From contig JAQGDQ010000705.1 of assembly GCA_030141605.1 (NCBI GenBank), positions 1-64,000 on the forward strand: DNA of 64,000 nucleotides, read 5' to 3'. Shown here piece after piece: positions 63,388-64,000 of the stretch; positions within the stretch are counted from its first letter, which is position 1; each line of letters opens with the position of its first letter. The position numbers were made by a program, and so were the translations under genes. Source of the DNA: Tubiluchus corallicola. Lineage: Eukaryota > Animalia > Priapulida. The notes beneath the pieces were generated by a model. It saw nothing but the letters and a program-made list of their open reading frames with translations, made no database searches and was not told the origin of the DNA.

Positions 63388-64000
63388 CTTTCTGGGCTAA
63401 TGCAGTAATTTCAGCCTTCTAGCTAGAATTTCATGAAAACTACTTTTCAGCATTAGTGAACTACAGTTTTACGGCAATTTTCAAGCATTTTTGAAATAAT
63501 AGTAAGAATTATATATCGTGATGACACAATACAACCTAAAAGTGAGGTATTTTTTCATAAAAGTGTCATTTGACAAGCAGAAAACAATACGTGCTGTGAA
63601 TATTAAGCATACTGGAACTGTGCTTGATTGAAGGATAAGAAAAAAATCATTAACCTAAGTGGTTAACTGATTTATTTCAGACGCAAATTAATAAATTGTA
63701 TGATAAATCTGCTAAGCAACAGATCAGGAACAAAATCAATGCGGGAAATCTTAGTAATCGTTACAAACCAATCTTGTACATTTCAACAACAACAGTAGCC
63801 TCTTATCCACATTTCCAATGCACTGTACACCTTCAAAACAGAAACAACAGAAACTTCCATGGCAGGTAAAACTGCCAGGAACAATTTTTTGGTAGATAGC
63901 CATCAATTCTTTAGCCAGATTTGGAGCTGCTTAACTTCATCTAGTGCATTGTAACCACTCAATTATTTTTCTTGCCCCAAGCAAAGGTGAACCATTATGT

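Overview
AT-rich, intron-containing nuclear DNA from an animal, most likely a bilaterian invertebrate. This is inferred from spliceosomal GT-AG introns, one U12-type intron, a motile-cilium gene and metazoan SINE families. There are no prokaryotic features. Gene order: AK2 (-, 3' part outside the window), LDAH (+), intronless BCS1L (+), SMARCAL1 (+, truncated), ARHGAP19 (-, truncated), an SLC22 organic cation transporter-like gene (+), STOML2 (-) and DNAAF4/DYX1C1 (+). Exon boundaries were read by hand from GT/AG signals and frame continuity. Most short ORFs in the supplied track are intronic noise. Main observations: (1) SMARCAL1 and ARHGAP19 collide at ~18625-18631 and both lack their 3' halves. 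(2) The SLC22 gene has two paralogous, phase-compatible first coding exons feeding one shared set of downstream exons. (3) A ~420-bp inverted repeat just after the LDAH stop carries a minimal hammerhead-ribozyme motif in each arm. (4) A composite SINE joins a 5S rRNA head to an RTE-like body and tail. (5) A U12 intron of DNAAF4 hosts a full-length decayed hAT/Buster transposon. (6) An AK2 intronic minisatellite is packed with Forkhead consensus sites. All family assignments are from motif recognition, not database searches.
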